The notes beneath the pieces are model-generated. The model saw only the letters and a list, made by a program, of their open reading frames with translations. It was not told the origin of the DNA and made no database searches. Both the position numbers and the translations under genes were made by a program. This document shows positions 48,399 through 58,901 of a stretch of DNA of 64,000 nucleotides, one piece after another; positions within the stretch are counted from its first letter, which is position 1; each line of letters begins with the position of its first letter. The DNA lies in the NCBI GenBank assembly GCA_965237905.1, contig OZ250172.1, forward strand, positions 1,088,001-1,152,000. Direction: 5' to 3'. This stretch comes from Nitrospinaceae bacterium. GTDB taxonomy: Bacteria; Nitrospinota; Nitrospinia; Nitrospinales; Nitrospinaceae.

Positions 48399-50227
48399 TG
48401 GGCAGTAACGGTCACAAAGAACCCCAGTCCGGCAAACAAATGAAGCTGGTCATCGTCGGCCATGTCGATCATGGCAAGTCCACTCTGGTGGGCCGCCTGA
48501 TGGCGGATACCGACAGCCTGCCCACCGGCAAACTCGACTTCATCAAAGACATTTGCAACCAGCAGGGCAAGACGTTCGAGTTCGCGTTTCTCCTCGATGC
48601 GCTGGAAGAGGAACAGGAACAGGGCATCACCATCGACACATCGCAGATCTTTTTCAAAACCGAGAAGCGTCCTTACGTCATCATCGACGCTCCCGGCCAC
48701 AAGGAATTCCTCAAGAACATGGTTACCGGCGCGGCCAACGCCGAAGCGGCCCTTCTACTGATCGACGCCTACGAAGGCGTGCAGGAACAATCGCGGCGGC
48801 ACGGGTATCTTCTGCGCCTGCTGGGCATGAAACAGGTGGCGGTGGTGGTCAACAAGATGGATTTAGTCAAACACGACCCCGAGGTGTTCTACAAAATCAA
48901 ATCCGAGTACACGGCATTTCTCAAATCCATGGGCGTGGAAGCGCGGGAATACATTCCCGTCTCGGCGAAACTGGGAGAAAACATCGCCCACCGTTCCGAA
49001 AACATGACCTGGTACCAAGGGCCGACCGTGCTCGAAATGCTGGACCAGTTCGAGGACAAACTGCCGGAAATCAACCAGCCGTTCCGCCTGCCCTTACAGG
49101 ATGTGTACAAATTCGACGAACGACGCATTCTCGCCGGACGCGTGGAATCGGGCACAGCCAAGATCGGCGACGAAGTGATCTTCTCCCCATCCAACAAGCG
49201 CGGAGTCATCAAATCCATCGAATCCTGGGAAGTGGAGAAAAAACCGAAAACCATCGAAGCATCGCAATCCGTCGGCATCACTTTAACCGAACAGATTTTT
49301 GTGGAACGCGGAGACGTGGCTACGCTGGCCAGCGATCTGCCGATCGTCACCACCACTTTTGACGCCAACGTGTTCTGGATGGGAAAAAAGCATCTGCAAA
49401 AAGGCGAATCCTATCTCATTAAACTGGCCACGCAAAATGTGGAGTGCGAAGTGGCCCATTTCAACAAGGCGATTGACGCTTCAACGCTGGAGACGCTTCC
49501 CAATCAGGATTTCATCGCTAAAAATGACGTCGCGGAGTTGACCCTGCGCACCCGGCAACCCATCGCCTTCGACCTGTTCAACACCATCGCCGAAACCGGC
49601 CGGTTCGTGCTGGTGGACGAGTATGACGTCTGCGGCGGAGGCATCATCACCGGCTTCACACCGCTGTCGGAAATCGACCGGTTCCGGGACGAGGCGCGTT
49701 ACCGCGATTCGCATTGGATCAAGAGCGCGGTCACCCCGGACATGCGGGCCTACCGCTACGGCCACCGCGCCGCCATGATTCTCATCACCGGTAAAGCGGG
49801 AGTCGGCAAAGCGGCCCTGGCGGGCAAGCTGGAAGAAAAACTGTTTCACCAGAATTTACAAAGCTACCTGCTCGACGGACGCAACATCCAAGTGGGCCTC
49901 GGCGCAGATATGGATCAGGATAAATATTTCTCCGACGGGGAAGCCTTGCGGCGCTTCGGCGAAGTCGCCAAACTGTTCGTCGATGCCGGCCACGTGGTCA
50001 TCTCCACCTCCAACGTGTTCAACCAGGAGGATCATTCCAACATCAGCCTGCTGGTGGAACCCACTCCAATTGTGGAAGTCCAGGTCACCAACGACAAATT
50101 TCCGAAAGGCAAGCCGGACATCATTTTGACTACCGACGAAGTGGCAAATGATGAAACCGCGGTCCAGAAAGTCCTCGATTATCTGAAGGACCAGAAAATC
50201 CTGACCGGCCATAACTACTCGATTTAA
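48398..50227 (+). CDS. cysN: Sulfate adenylyltransferase subunit 1 (GTPase) with a degenerate C-terminal APS-kinase-like domain
   Basis: GHVDHGKST, QGITID, DAPGH, NKMD; C-terminal ITGKAGVGK and LLDG.N remnant. Confidence 0.9.
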   Translation: MGSNGHKEPQSGKQMKLVIVGHVDHGKSTLVGRLMADTDSLPTGKLDFIKDICNQQGKTFEFAFLLDALEEEQEQGITIDTSQIFFKTEKRPYVIIDAPGHKEFLKNMVTGAANAEAALLLIDAYEGVQEQSRRHGYLLRLLGMKQVAVVVNKMDLVKHDPEVFYKIKSEYTAFLKSMGVEAREYIPVSAKLGENIAHRSENMTWYQGPTVLEMLDQFEDKLPEINQPFRLPLQDVYKFDERRILAGRVESGTAKIGDEVIFSPSNKRGVIKSIESWEVEKKPKTIEASQSVGITLTEQIFVERGDVATLASDLPIVTTTFDANVFWMGKKHLQKGESYLIKLATQNVECEVAHFNKAIDASTLETLPNQDFIAKNDVAELTLRTRQPIAFDLFNTIAETGRFVLVDEYDVCGGGIITGFTPLSEIDRFRDEARYRDSHWIKSAVTPDMRAYRYGHRAAMILITGKAGVGKAALAGKLEEKLFHQNLQSYLLDGRNIQVGLGADMDQDKYFSDGEALRRFGEVAKLFVDAGHVVISTSNVFNQEDHSNISLLVEPTPIVEVQVTNDKFPKGKPDIILTTDEVANDETAVQKVLDYLKDQKILTGHNYSI

Positions 50228-50338
50228 AACGTCCTATGCAATCCGGCAAAAGGGAGTTGACTTTCTTTTGCCGCCATGACAAAGTGCCCCTTCATTTCGG
50301 CTCACGGGCCGGGTTCAGGGAGTTTTCGAAAGTTATTG

Positions 50339-50647
50339 ATGCCAAAGATCACCGTTCATAATTCAGACACCGGAGAGGTGAAAGAATTCAAAGTCGGCTA
50401 CGGCGCCAACCTGCGCAAAGGTGCCGTGTTCAATGACGTCGTGCTGTACAAAGGCATGGCCGCCCAGTTGAACTGCCGAGGTATGGGTCTGTGCGGCACC
50501 TGCCTGATCGAAGTCGAACCTCTGGAAAACGTGAACGGCCATTCCCTGATCGAAAAACTCCACCGCGTTGGACCCAACCAGAAACTCGGTTGCCGCGCCA
50601 AAGTCTACGGCGACATCACCATCAAAGTCGCCCTCAAGGATCTATAA
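50339..50647 (+). CDS. 2Fe-2S ferredoxin-type protein
   Basis: NCRGMGLCGTC...KLGC. Confidence 0.85.
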   Translation: MPKITVHNSDTGEVKEFKVGYGANLRKGAVFNDVVLYKGMAAQLNCRGMGLCGTCLIEVEPLENVNGHSLIEKLHRVGPNQKLGCRAKVYGDITIKVALKDL

Positions 50648-50697
50648 TTCCCTTCCTTCTTTTATCCGATTTTATCCTGTAATCCTGTCTAATTTTT

Positions 50698-51054
50698 TCA
50701 ATACATCTGCAATAAAATCAACAGCGGCAGGAGGGTCAGGCCGACGATGGCGATCAGGGCATGGATCAGCACATCCCATTTGCGGCTCAGAGGAACGAGT
50801 GTGATAAAGTAAAGGCCGATCAGGTATTCCCAGATCGTGTTTTCGGAATGGACGCCGTTCATTACCAGGAATAAAACCAGGCAGACCACGATCGTAATAT
50901 AAAGATACAAATGCGTCCGGATCAGGCGGGGTTCTTTTTTGAAAAACGTCATGTACAACCCCAGGAAGACGTTGCCGATGTTAAAAATAATGGCGGCAAT
51001 CACCCAGATTAAAGAGGGCGAATCACTGACCTGGGGAAACACGTTGGCAAACAT
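50698..51054 (-). CDS. Hypothetical four-TM membrane protein
   Basis: Fills the gap between flanking genes; four hydrophobic segments. Confidence 0.55.
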   Translation of the reverse strand: MFANVFPQVSDSPSLIWVIAAIIFNIGNVFLGLYMTFFKKEPRLIRTHLYLYITIVVCLVLFLVMNGVHSENTIWEYLIGLYFITLVPLSRKWDVLIHALIAIVGLTLLPLLILLQMY

Positions 51055-51107
51055 AGGGTCCGTTTGGGGAATCGGAGTGAAGTTAAATTTAAGGGGAGAA
51101 TTCTAAC

Positions 51108-51905
51108 ATGGATTTGGATTTAAAAGACCGCAAAGTCCTCATTACCGGCGTCGCCGAGGGTATCGGCCGTGCGCTGGCGCTGGCGTTTGGGAAAGCCGGA
51201 GCGCGAGTGGCCGGATGCGCCCGCACCCAATCGCGCCTGCACGCCCTGGAAGAGGAAATGGAAGGGAAAGGCCACCTCTTTCAATCGGTGGACGTCACCC
51301 AACCCGATCAGCTTCAGGAGTTTCACGATCGTGTGTTGGAACAACTGGGCGGACTGGACGTGCTGGTCAACAACGTCGGCGACGTCGGCAAAATCGCCAC
51401 CTTCCATGAGCTGACCGATCAGGACTGGCGGGAATCGTTCGAAATCAATCTGCTCCCCGCAGTACGCTTGTGCCGGATGTTCATCCCCACGCTGAAACAT
51501 TCCGGCGCGCCGCGCATCATCAACATCTCGTCTATCGCCGGTTCGCGACCCGGAGACGTCTTTCCGCATTACAGCGCGATGAAAGCGGGATTGTCCAACC
51601 TCACTGTGTCACTTGCGCAAACCCTGGCAGAAGAACATATTCTGGTCAACTCGGTGTCTCCCGGTCCGGTATGGTCGCGGTCGTGGGAGAACGAAGCGCA
51701 GGAAATCGTGAAGCAAACCGGTAAACCGCTTCACGCAGTGGAGGAGGAAACCAAAGCTGGGACAGCACAATCGGTTCCGTTGAAACGCATGGGCGTGCCG
51801 GAAGACGTGACGGGATTGGTACTGTTCCTGGCATCCGATCACGCCTCATGGATCACCGCCACCAACTTCACGGTGGATGGGGGCATCACGCAAAACCCGT
51901 ATTAG
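51108..51905 (+). CDS. SDR family oxidoreductase
   Basis: ITGVAEGIG, LVNNVG, YSAMK, VDGG. Confidence 0.9.
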   Translation: MDLDLKDRKVLITGVAEGIGRALALAFGKAGARVAGCARTQSRLHALEEEMEGKGHLFQSVDVTQPDQLQEFHDRVLEQLGGLDVLVNNVGDVGKIATFHELTDQDWRESFEINLLPAVRLCRMFIPTLKHSGAPRIINISSIAGSRPGDVFPHYSAMKAGLSNLTVSLAQTLAEEHILVNSVSPGPVWSRSWENEAQEIVKQTGKPLHAVEEETKAGTAQSVPLKRMGVPEDVTGLVLFLASDHASWITATNFTVDGGITQNPY

Positions 51906-51917
51906 GGCGGGTTCCCG

Positions 51918-52979
51918 CTAAATCCGTTGTGTCAGGCCTTCGTGGATTTCTTCGAACAGTTTTCTTAAATCGTATTTATACTCCCAGGCGGGATAATCTC
52001 TTTTGAATTTACTGACATCGCTGATCCACCAGATGTGATCGCCGATGCGATTCTGCTCCTCGTAAGTCCAATCCAGTTTGTTGCCGGTAATCTCTTCGCA
52101 CAGTTGAATCGCCTCCAGCATCGAACAGTTGCTGTGCCGGCTACCTCCCATGTTGTAAACTTTAGCGACGCCGGGGTTCTGATAAAAATGGTAGAGGGCG
52201 TTCACCAGGTCGTAGCTGTGAATATTATCCCGTACTTGCTTACCCTTGTAACCAAACACGGTGTACGGTTTTTTCTGCAGGGTGCAGATCATGACGTAGG
52301 ACAAAAACCCGTGCCGTTCGGTACCGGAGTGCCCCGACCCGGTCAAACACCCACCGCGAAAGCAGGCGGTTTTCATATCAAAATATCGTCCGTATTCCTG
52401 CACCAGCAGGTCACCCGCCGCTTTGGACACCCCGAACAAGCTGTGGGTGGTGTCGTCGATGCTCATCGACTCATCGATCCCGTGCTTATAATACGGATGG
52501 CTTTCGTCGATTTCCCAACGCGTTTCCAATTCCACCAACGGCAGTGAGTTCGGGGTATCGCCGTACACCTTGTTGGTGGAAATATTGATGAACACCGCCT
52601 TCGGACAATGCCGGCGCGTCATCTCCAAAAGAACCAGCGTGCCGTTGGCGTTGACGGTAAAATCAGTGAGAGGATCGCGTGCCGCCCAGTCGTGCGACGG
52701 TTGCGCGGCACAATGGACGATCAGTTTGATGTCCTTGCCATACTCCTTGAAGAGACGCTCCATGTCTTTTTCGGAACGGATGTCGCAATCGTAGTGCTTG
52801 TATTCAGGGAAGTCTTTCTCCAGCCGTTCACGGTTCCAGCGCGTCGACGCTTCCTTACCGAAAAACTGACTTCGCATGTCGTTATCTATACCGCAAACCG
52901 CAAGGCTCTTGTCCATCAGAAAACGGACGGCCTCCGATCCGATCAATCCACCCGAACCTGTAACCAGTGCAATATCCAA
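51918..52979 (-). CDS. NAD-dependent epimerase/dehydratase (CDP-paratose 2-epimerase-like)
   Basis: [43 protein letters not shown]. Confidence 0.85.
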   Translation of the reverse strand: MDIALVTGSGGLIGSEAVRFLMDKSLAVCGIDNDMRSQFFGKEASTRWNRERLEKDFPEYKHYDCDIRSEKDMERLFKEYGKDIKLIVHCAAQPSHDWAARDPLTDFTVNANGTLVLLEMTRRHCPKAVFINISTNKVYGDTPNSLPLVELETRWEIDESHPYYKHGIDESMSIDDTTHSLFGVSKAAGDLLVQEYGRYFDMKTACFRGGCLTGSGHSGTERHGFLSYVMICTLQKKPYTVFGYKGKQVRDNIHSYDLVNALYHFYQNPGVAKVYNMGGSRHSNCSMLEAIQLCEEITGNKLDWTYEEQNRIGDHIWWISDVSKFKRDYPAWEYKYDLRKLFEEIHEGLTQRI

Positions 52980-53003
52980 TTTAACGTTCCTTTCTCAAAC
53001 CCG

Positions 53004-54095
53004 TCACCTAGGTTGCCATTGCTCCAGAAAACGGACGATACGCTCGGCGGCGCATCCATCCCACAGTTCCGGACATTGTCCCTGCTTACCCCCCGTTTTG
53101 ATGATATGTTCCGCCTCCCGTGTGATAGCTTCCGGAGAAGTCCCGACCAGTGTATTGGTGCCCTCGTCCAGAGTAACCGGCCGCTCGGTATTTTCTCTAA
53201 GGGTCAGGCACGGCACGCCTAATACGGTGGTCTCCTCTTGAATGCCGCCCGAGTCCGTCAGCACCAGTTTCGCTTGGCTCATCAGGCGAACCATATCAAG
53301 ATACGGTTGCGGTTCCAGCAGGATCAGCGATTTCACAGATTCTTCCAGACCGAACTCCTCAATACGACTGCGGGTTCGAGGGTGCACGGTAAATACGATT
53401 TTCAGCTGTTTTGAAATTTGATGCACCGCTTTCAGAATGCCTGCGAACACATTTTTTTGATCCACGTTGGAAGGCCGGTGCAAAGTCATCAACGCGTATC
53501 CTCCCGCCTGCAACTGCAATTGATCGAGAATGCGGCTGGTTTGTGCGGCGTTCTCCCGGTGTTTCAGAAGCGTGTCCACCATGACATTGCCCATAAACTT
53601 GATTTTTTCGGGAGGGGTTCCTTCCTTTAAAAGGTTTTCCCGGCCACTCGGTTCGGTGGTGAACAACAGATCGGAAAGACGGTCGGTCACCACCCGGTTG
53701 ATTTCCTCCGGCATGTTCCAGTCGAACGATCGCAGTCCTGCTTCCACATGAATCACCGGAATCTTTCTGTAGGATGCGGCCAGGGCGCAGGCCACGGTGG
53801 CATTCACGTCGCCCACGACCAGAATAGCGTCGGGCGATTCCTTTTCCAACACCGGATCAAATTTTCGAATGGTTTCCGCCACCTGCCAGGCTTGCCCTCC
53901 CGAGCCCACCCCCAGTTCGATATCGGGACGCGGGATTCCCAGCTGATCGAAAAAAACGTCATTCATGTTTTGATCGTAATGCTGTCCGGTATGAATCAGA
54001 ACCGGAGTCATTTGGGTGGACGCTTTCATGTGCTCCATAATCGGAGCAATTTTCATAAAGTTTGGCCGGGCGCCGACAATATTCAGTATTTTCAT
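53004..54095 (-). CDS. wecB: UDP-N-acetylglucosamine 2-epimerase (non-hydrolysing)
   Basis: GARPNFMK, HTGQHYD, HVEAGLRS, MPEEINR, DSGGIQEE, RENTERP. Confidence 0.93.
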   Translation of the reverse strand: MKILNIVGARPNFMKIAPIMEHMKASTQMTPVLIHTGQHYDQNMNDVFFDQLGIPRPDIELGVGSGGQAWQVAETIRKFDPVLEKESPDAILVVGDVNATVACALAASYRKIPVIHVEAGLRSFDWNMPEEINRVVTDRLSDLLFTTEPSGRENLLKEGTPPEKIKFMGNVMVDTLLKHRENAAQTSRILDQLQLQAGGYALMTLHRPSNVDQKNVFAGILKAVHQISKQLKIVFTVHPRTRSRIEEFGLEESVKSLILLEPQPYLDMVRLMSQAKLVLTDSGGIQEETTVLGVPCLTLRENTERPVTLDEGTNTLVGTSPEAITREAEHIIKTGGKQGQCPELWDGCAAERIVRFLEQWQPR

Positions 54096-54249
54096 ATTTG
54101 CATCTATGGCGGGATGGGCTCACAGGGTTTGCCGCCCGCGGATGAAATCGCAGATTGCCAGATCAGGATAATTGCCTTATCCTTAGAGTCACTAAAATCG
54201 AGTATTCCCCTATCTTTTTAATATAACAGACTACCGATCTCTTAAAAAC

Positions 54250-55611
54250 ATGAATCCTCAAATCTTTCGAGAGTACGACATCCGCGGTATCGTGGGCCAG
54301 GACCTGACGCCCGAAAACGTGGAACTGATCGGCAAAGCCATCGGCACCTACGTTCGCCGCGATGGCGGGAAAACCCTGACGCTGGGTTGGGACGTCCGTA
54401 CCAGTTCCATAGAATTTCGCGACATCATGACACGGGCGCTCAACTCCACCGGCTGCGACGTGATCGACATCGGCTGCGTACCAACGCCGGTTTCCTATTT
54501 TTCACTGCATCACCTGAAACCCGACGGCGGCGTGATGATCACCGGCAGTCATAATCCGCCGGAGTTCAACGGATTCAAAATCAGTCACGGCCTACACAGT
54601 CTGTACGGCGAAAAAATCCAGATACTGAAAGGGTTGATCGACAAAAACGATTTCGAGACGGGAAACGGCACCTCCAGTTCGACCGATATCCTGGCAGCAT
54701 ATATGGACAAGGTGAAGGAGGTGATCCACATCCAACGGCCACTCAAAGTAGTGGTCGACGGAGGTAACGGATGTTTCGGGATCACCGGCCCCCAACTGTT
54801 GCGCAAACTCGGGCTGGATCCCATCGAGCAATTTTGTGAGCCGGACGGCAGTTTTCCGAACCATCACCCAGACCCGACCGTTCCCGAATACATGCAAGAC
54901 CTAATAACACGAGTACAGTCCGAAAATGCCGACTTGGGAATTGGTTTCGACGGTGACGCCGACCGTTTGGGTGTGGTCGACGATAAGGGCAATCTATTAT
55001 GGGGCGATCAACTGCTGATCCTGTTCGCACGCGACATATTGAAAAAACATCCCGGCACCGCCGTGGTGGGCGAGGTGAAATGTTCACAAAATCTTTATGA
55101 TGACATCAAAAAACAGGGAGGCGTGCCGGTGATGTCCGCCGCTGGACATTCCCTGATCAAAAAGAAAATGCGGGAGACCGGCGCGCTGTTGGCTGGAGAA
55201 ATGAGCGGACACATGTGTTTCAAGGACAACTACTACGGTTTCGATGACGCCATTTTTGCGGCGTGCCGGGTGTTGGAAATCGTAGCTTCCTCCTCGCGGA
55301 AGCTCTCTGAAATGCTTTCGGATTTACCCAAGACCTTCAGCACCCCGGAAATCCGCGTCGATTGTCCCGATACGCTTAAATTTAAAATCGTGGCCGAGCT
55401 GACCGAATATTTCCGGTCCCGCTACGAGGTGGTGGACATCGACGGTGTACGCATCCAGTTTGACAACGGTTGGGGCCTGGTCCGCGCTTCCAACACGCAG
55501 CCGGTACTCGTATTACGATTCGAAGCGAAAACGGAAGACCAATTGAAGGATTATCAGCAAATCGTCCACCAACAACTTGAGAAATACAAACCAGACGTGA
55601 AGATTGGCTAA
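54250..55611 (+). CDS. Phosphomannomutase/phosphoglucomutase (AlgC-type)
   Basis: FREYDIRG, TGSHNP, FDGDADR, GEMSGH, RASNTQP. Confidence 0.93.
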   Translation: MNPQIFREYDIRGIVGQDLTPENVELIGKAIGTYVRRDGGKTLTLGWDVRTSSIEFRDIMTRALNSTGCDVIDIGCVPTPVSYFSLHHLKPDGGVMITGSHNPPEFNGFKISHGLHSLYGEKIQILKGLIDKNDFETGNGTSSSTDILAAYMDKVKEVIHIQRPLKVVVDGGNGCFGITGPQLLRKLGLDPIEQFCEPDGSFPNHHPDPTVPEYMQDLITRVQSENADLGIGFDGDADRLGVVDDKGNLLWGDQLLILFARDILKKHPGTAVVGEVKCSQNLYDDIKKQGGVPVMSAAGHSLIKKKMRETGALLAGEMSGHMCFKDNYYGFDDAIFAACRVLEIVASSSRKLSEMLSDLPKTFSTPEIRVDCPDTLKFKIVAELTEYFRSRYEVVDIDGVRIQFDNGWGLVRASNTQPVLVLRFEAKTEDQLKDYQQIVHQQLEKYKPDVKIG

Positions 55612-56411
55612 CGCACAACCACCCCGGCGTAACCCACCACCTGATCCATATCCCCGCTGACTTCGCCCGAAGTCATGTACTTGGCCAACTCGGCTTGCGT
55701 CGCTCCCAATTCCTTGCATGCGGCCAGCATCACCGTGGCTGGGTTGACTCCGCACATGGTAATACCTTCCTTTTCCACCGTGCGAAACAATCCTTCCGGG
55801 TCCATCTTTAAAATCTGATCAATTGCCATATGATCTTTTTCAGAAGCGCGGGCATGGCTTTCATAATGGGTCATGTCGGAACTGGCAACAATCAATACTG
55901 GACGATCATAGGATCGGACCGCCTGCACAATAGCCTTGGCCAGCATCCGGCACTCCTCTAAACTCAAACGCATGAGGCAAATGGGAACGAACTTGAACTG
56001 TTTGCGGAAATACTGGAGGAAAGGCAATTGAGTTTCCAGCGAATGCTCCAAACGATGCGCGTCCTCGTTCTCATGGGCGATCGGCAGGTTATCGAGGATG
56101 GCTTTCGCAAGGTTGGCATCGATTTCCAGATCGCCAAAGGGCATGATCCATGACCCGTGAGAGAAGACGGCAATACGTTCGCCCATCCCGGTATGATTGG
56201 GTCCGAGGAGAATGACGGTATCCGGGATTTCAATCCGTGAATACACCGTCCCCGCAACGTCTCCGGAATACATGAATCCCGCGTGCGGGGCAATCACCCC
56301 TTTCGCGCTGACTTTCGGAATCTCTTGCTCCAAGTGGCGTTGCACTTCTTCGAGCAATGCCACTGGATCATCGGGATAGAATCTTCCGGCCACCGCCGGT
56401 GGACGTGCCAT
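55608..56411 (-). CDS. amrB: AmmeMemoRadiSam system protein B (MEMO1 family)
   Basis: RPPAVAGRFYP, PHAG.MYSG, GPNH, EHSLE.QLPF, SSDMTHY, VVGYA. Confidence 0.9.
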   Translation of the reverse strand: MARPPAVAGRFYPDDPVALLEEVQRHLEQEIPKVSAKGVIAPHAGFMYSGDVAGTVYSRIEIPDTVILLGPNHTGMGERIAVFSHGSWIMPFGDLEIDANLAKAILDNLPIAHENEDAHRLEHSLETQLPFLQYFRKQFKFVPICLMRLSLEECRMLAKAIVQAVRSYDRPVLIVASSDMTHYESHARASEKDHMAIDQILKMDPEGLFRTVEKEGITMCGVNPATVMLAACKELGATQAELAKYMTSGEVSGDMDQVVGYAGVVVR

Positions 56412-56423
56412 GGCAATCTCCTT

Positions 56424-57179
56424 TTACTGGCGCACTTCACCGGTCATAGGAACAAAACGCACGCCGGTGATTTTTTCTCGCTTCAACCCGCCCTTTTCTT
56501 TGGTAATCCGGACCAGATCCTGAAACAGCATTCCTTCCAAAGGTAAAACCATACGTCCGCCTTCCTTAAGTTGATCGATCAACGGCTGAGGAATTTCCGG
56601 TGTGGCGGCGGTCAATAGAATGGCGTCAAAGGGCGCAAATTCTTCCCAACCCTGGTAACCATCACCATATTTCACTTTGATGTTCTCATAACCCAACCGT
56701 TTGAGGTCAGACCGGGCATCGTTCGCCAGGGCTTCGATGATTTCGACGGTGTACACCTCCTTCACCAGTTCCGCCAGCACCGCCGCCTGGTAACCCGATC
56801 CAGTACCGATCTCCAGCACGCGGTCCTCCGGTTGCAAACGGGCACTCTGGGTCATGAGCGCCACAATATAAGGCGGGGAAATAGTTTGGTTCTTGCCAAT
56901 GGGAAGCGGAAAATCAGCGTACGCCAGATTTTTATGTCTCTCCGTTACAAACTCATGACGCGGCACTTGGATCATGGCCGCCAGCACGTTGGGGTCCTCA
57001 ATATCACGGGCACGCAGATCGACATCCACCATGCGCTTGCGTTCTGCTTCAAAGTCTATGGGGAGTGCGGGTTTAGGGTATAGAAAATCCGGGAAGAGGA
57101 AGGCGAGGAAGGAAAAAAACAGGACTCTAAAGGATGAGGCCGTTTTTCTTAAGCCATTCTTCCGTGTCGAAGTGTTCAC
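56424..57179 (-). CDS. pcm: Protein-L-isoaspartate O-methyltransferase with N-terminal hydrophobic extension
   Basis: [40 protein letters not shown]; start uncertain (GTG 57179 chosen). Confidence 0.85.
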   Translation of the reverse strand: MNTSTRKNGLRKTASSFRVLFFSFLAFLFPDFLYPKPALPIDFEAERKRMVDVDLRARDIEDPNVLAAMIQVPRHEFVTERHKNLAYADFPLPIGKNQTISPPYIVALMTQSARLQPEDRVLEIGTGSGYQAAVLAELVKEVYTVEIIEALANDARSDLKRLGYENIKVKYGDGYQGWEEFAPFDAILLTAATPEIPQPLIDQLKEGGRMVLPLEGMLFQDLVRITKEKGGLKREKITGVRFVPMTGEVRQ

Positions 57180-57495
57180 TGATGAACTCTTCAAACTCGA
57201 TTTCTTTCTTTGAAAGTCTTGCGCCATCGATAAACTGCGCCTCTTCCGCCGCTTTCTTTTTGCCGCGGCGGGATTTCTTTTTGGGTTTTTCCGTAGCCTC
57301 TTCCACTTCCACCTCGAACCCTTCGGTCAAGGATTGCAGTTTCAGCACGAGAACCATAAAACTTTGTGGGCAGATATCGTCGCGCTTTTGGATTTCAGAG
57401 ACGATCTTTTTGACCTTTGGGGACCTCAACACCGCTTCGGTAATCGCTTTCGACAGCTTTTCGTAATCCCCGTCCTGGCCACTGGAATGACTCAC
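57127..57495 (-). CDS. Hypothetical protein with Lys-rich linker
   Basis: GTG start with GAAAGGGG upstream; protein-like composition. Confidence 0.6.
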   Translation of the reverse strand: MSHSSGQDGDYEKLSKAITEAVLRSPKVKKIVSEIQKRDDICPQSFMVLVLKLQSLTEGFEVEVEEATEKPKKKSRRGKKKAAEEAQFIDGARLSKKEIEFEEFISEHFDTEEWLKKNGLIL

Positions 57496-57639
57496 GACAA
57501 ACCCCTTTCAAGAAAAAACCTCAATTAACCTTCTAAATCTATTGTGACAGATATCGTCAAACATTTCACCTTAACTTTGCACCAACATAAACCGGTCCGA
57601 TGGCAATGTCAAGGCCGTGGGCTTCTAACCGCGGTAAAA

Positions 57640-58794
57640 TCAATAGCGTGGCATGGAAGAGTCTATGGTTTCGGCCCATTCTTCAATGCCGCCGCGCATG
57701 CTTTTCACATTCTCAAACCCAATATCGATCAAGGCTTTCGCGGCTTTAAGGCTTCGTACTCCCGCTTTGCAGTGAAGCACAATTTCATCGCCTTTCTTGA
57801 GTCCATTGAGTTTTTCTATTTTTCTTTCCTCGATGACATCCAACGGAATCAGGGTGGACCCGTCGATGCGGCAGATTTCATATTCGCCCTGGCCGCGTAC
57901 ATCCACCAGCGTGAACTTCTTGCCGTTGTCCATCATCTGTTTGACCATGACGGGTTCGATTTCCAGTGCGCGATCGGCGGATTCATCCTGAGGCGGCAGG
58001 ATGCCGCAGAACTGTTCGTAGTCGATCAGCTCCTTGATCGTCGGGTTGTCGCCGCAAATCGGACAGTTCTTGTCCTTGCGCAGTTTCATCTCGCGGAACT
58101 TCATTCCCAGTGCGTCAAAGATAACCAGGCGCCCGTTCAAATCGTCTCCCTTTTCGAGGATCAACTTGAGTGTTTCGTTGGTCTGCAGTCCACCGATGAT
58201 GCCGCACAGCACACCCAACACCCCGCCCTCGGCACAACTGGGCACCAGACCCGGAGGAGGCGGTTCGGGGTACAGGCACCGGTAACAGGGGCCCGTGCGC
58301 GAATCGAATACGGAAACCTGGCCTTCGAAGCGCAGGATACAACCGTAGATATAAGGTTTCTTGAGCAACACGCAGGTGTCGTTGGCAAGATAGCGCGTCG
58401 GAAAATTATCCGTACCGTCGACGATGATATCCCAATCCTTAAATATCCTCATTGCGTTTTCGGAAGTGAGGCGTTCGTTGTAGGTAATCACTTCCACATC
58501 CGAATTGAGATCGGCAATGCGGGCTTTGGCAGAGTCGACTTTGAGTTTGCCAACAGTGGATTCGCCATGGGCGATCTGCCGTTGCAGGTTGCTTTTATCG
58601 ACGACGTCGAAATCGATCAGCCCCAATTTGCCAACGCCGGCGGCGGCAAGGTACAAAGACACCGGAGACCCCAACCCGCCGGTTCCGATACACAGAACCT
58701 TGGAGTTGCAGATTTTCTCCTGGCCTTCCATGCCGACTTCCGGCAACAGCAAATGGCGACTGTAACGATTGATTTGATCTGGGTTTAAACTCAT
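57640..58794 (-). CDS. moeB: MoeB/MoeZ-type E1-like adenylyltransferase with C-terminal rhodanese domain
   Basis: RYSRH, GTGGLG, SNLQRQ, GTDNFPTRY, CYRC, SCAEGG, CPIC, rhodanese CKAGVRS. Confidence 0.9.
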   Translation of the reverse strand: MSLNPDQINRYSRHLLLPEVGMEGQEKICNSKVLCIGTGGLGSPVSLYLAAAGVGKLGLIDFDVVDKSNLQRQIAHGESTVGKLKVDSAKARIADLNSDVEVITYNERLTSENAMRIFKDWDIIVDGTDNFPTRYLANDTCVLLKKPYIYGCILRFEGQVSVFDSRTGPCYRCLYPEPPPPGLVPSCAEGGVLGVLCGIIGGLQTNETLKLILEKGDDLNGRLVIFDALGMKFREMKLRKDKNCPICGDNPTIKELIDYEQFCGILPPQDESADRALEIEPVMVKQMMDNGKKFTLVDVRGQGEYEICRIDGSTLIPLDVIEERKIEKLNGLKKGDEIVLHCKAGVRSLKAAKALIDIGFENVKSMRGGIEEWAETIDSSMPRY

Positions 58795-58901
58795 GATGGT
58801 TTCCAATCCTTAAAAATTTCCTGGTTTTCGCAACGCTGAATACCCCTATTCTATCAAAATCCCCCGATTCCAAAACAAAATTTAAAAATTCCGGGAAAGC
58901 C

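Noticed and set aside
57544..58788. Long antisense ORFs (also 30844-31872, 28073-28969, 42819-43556)
   Set aside because: They are shadows of well-supported genes on the opposite strand and have no recognisable motifs.
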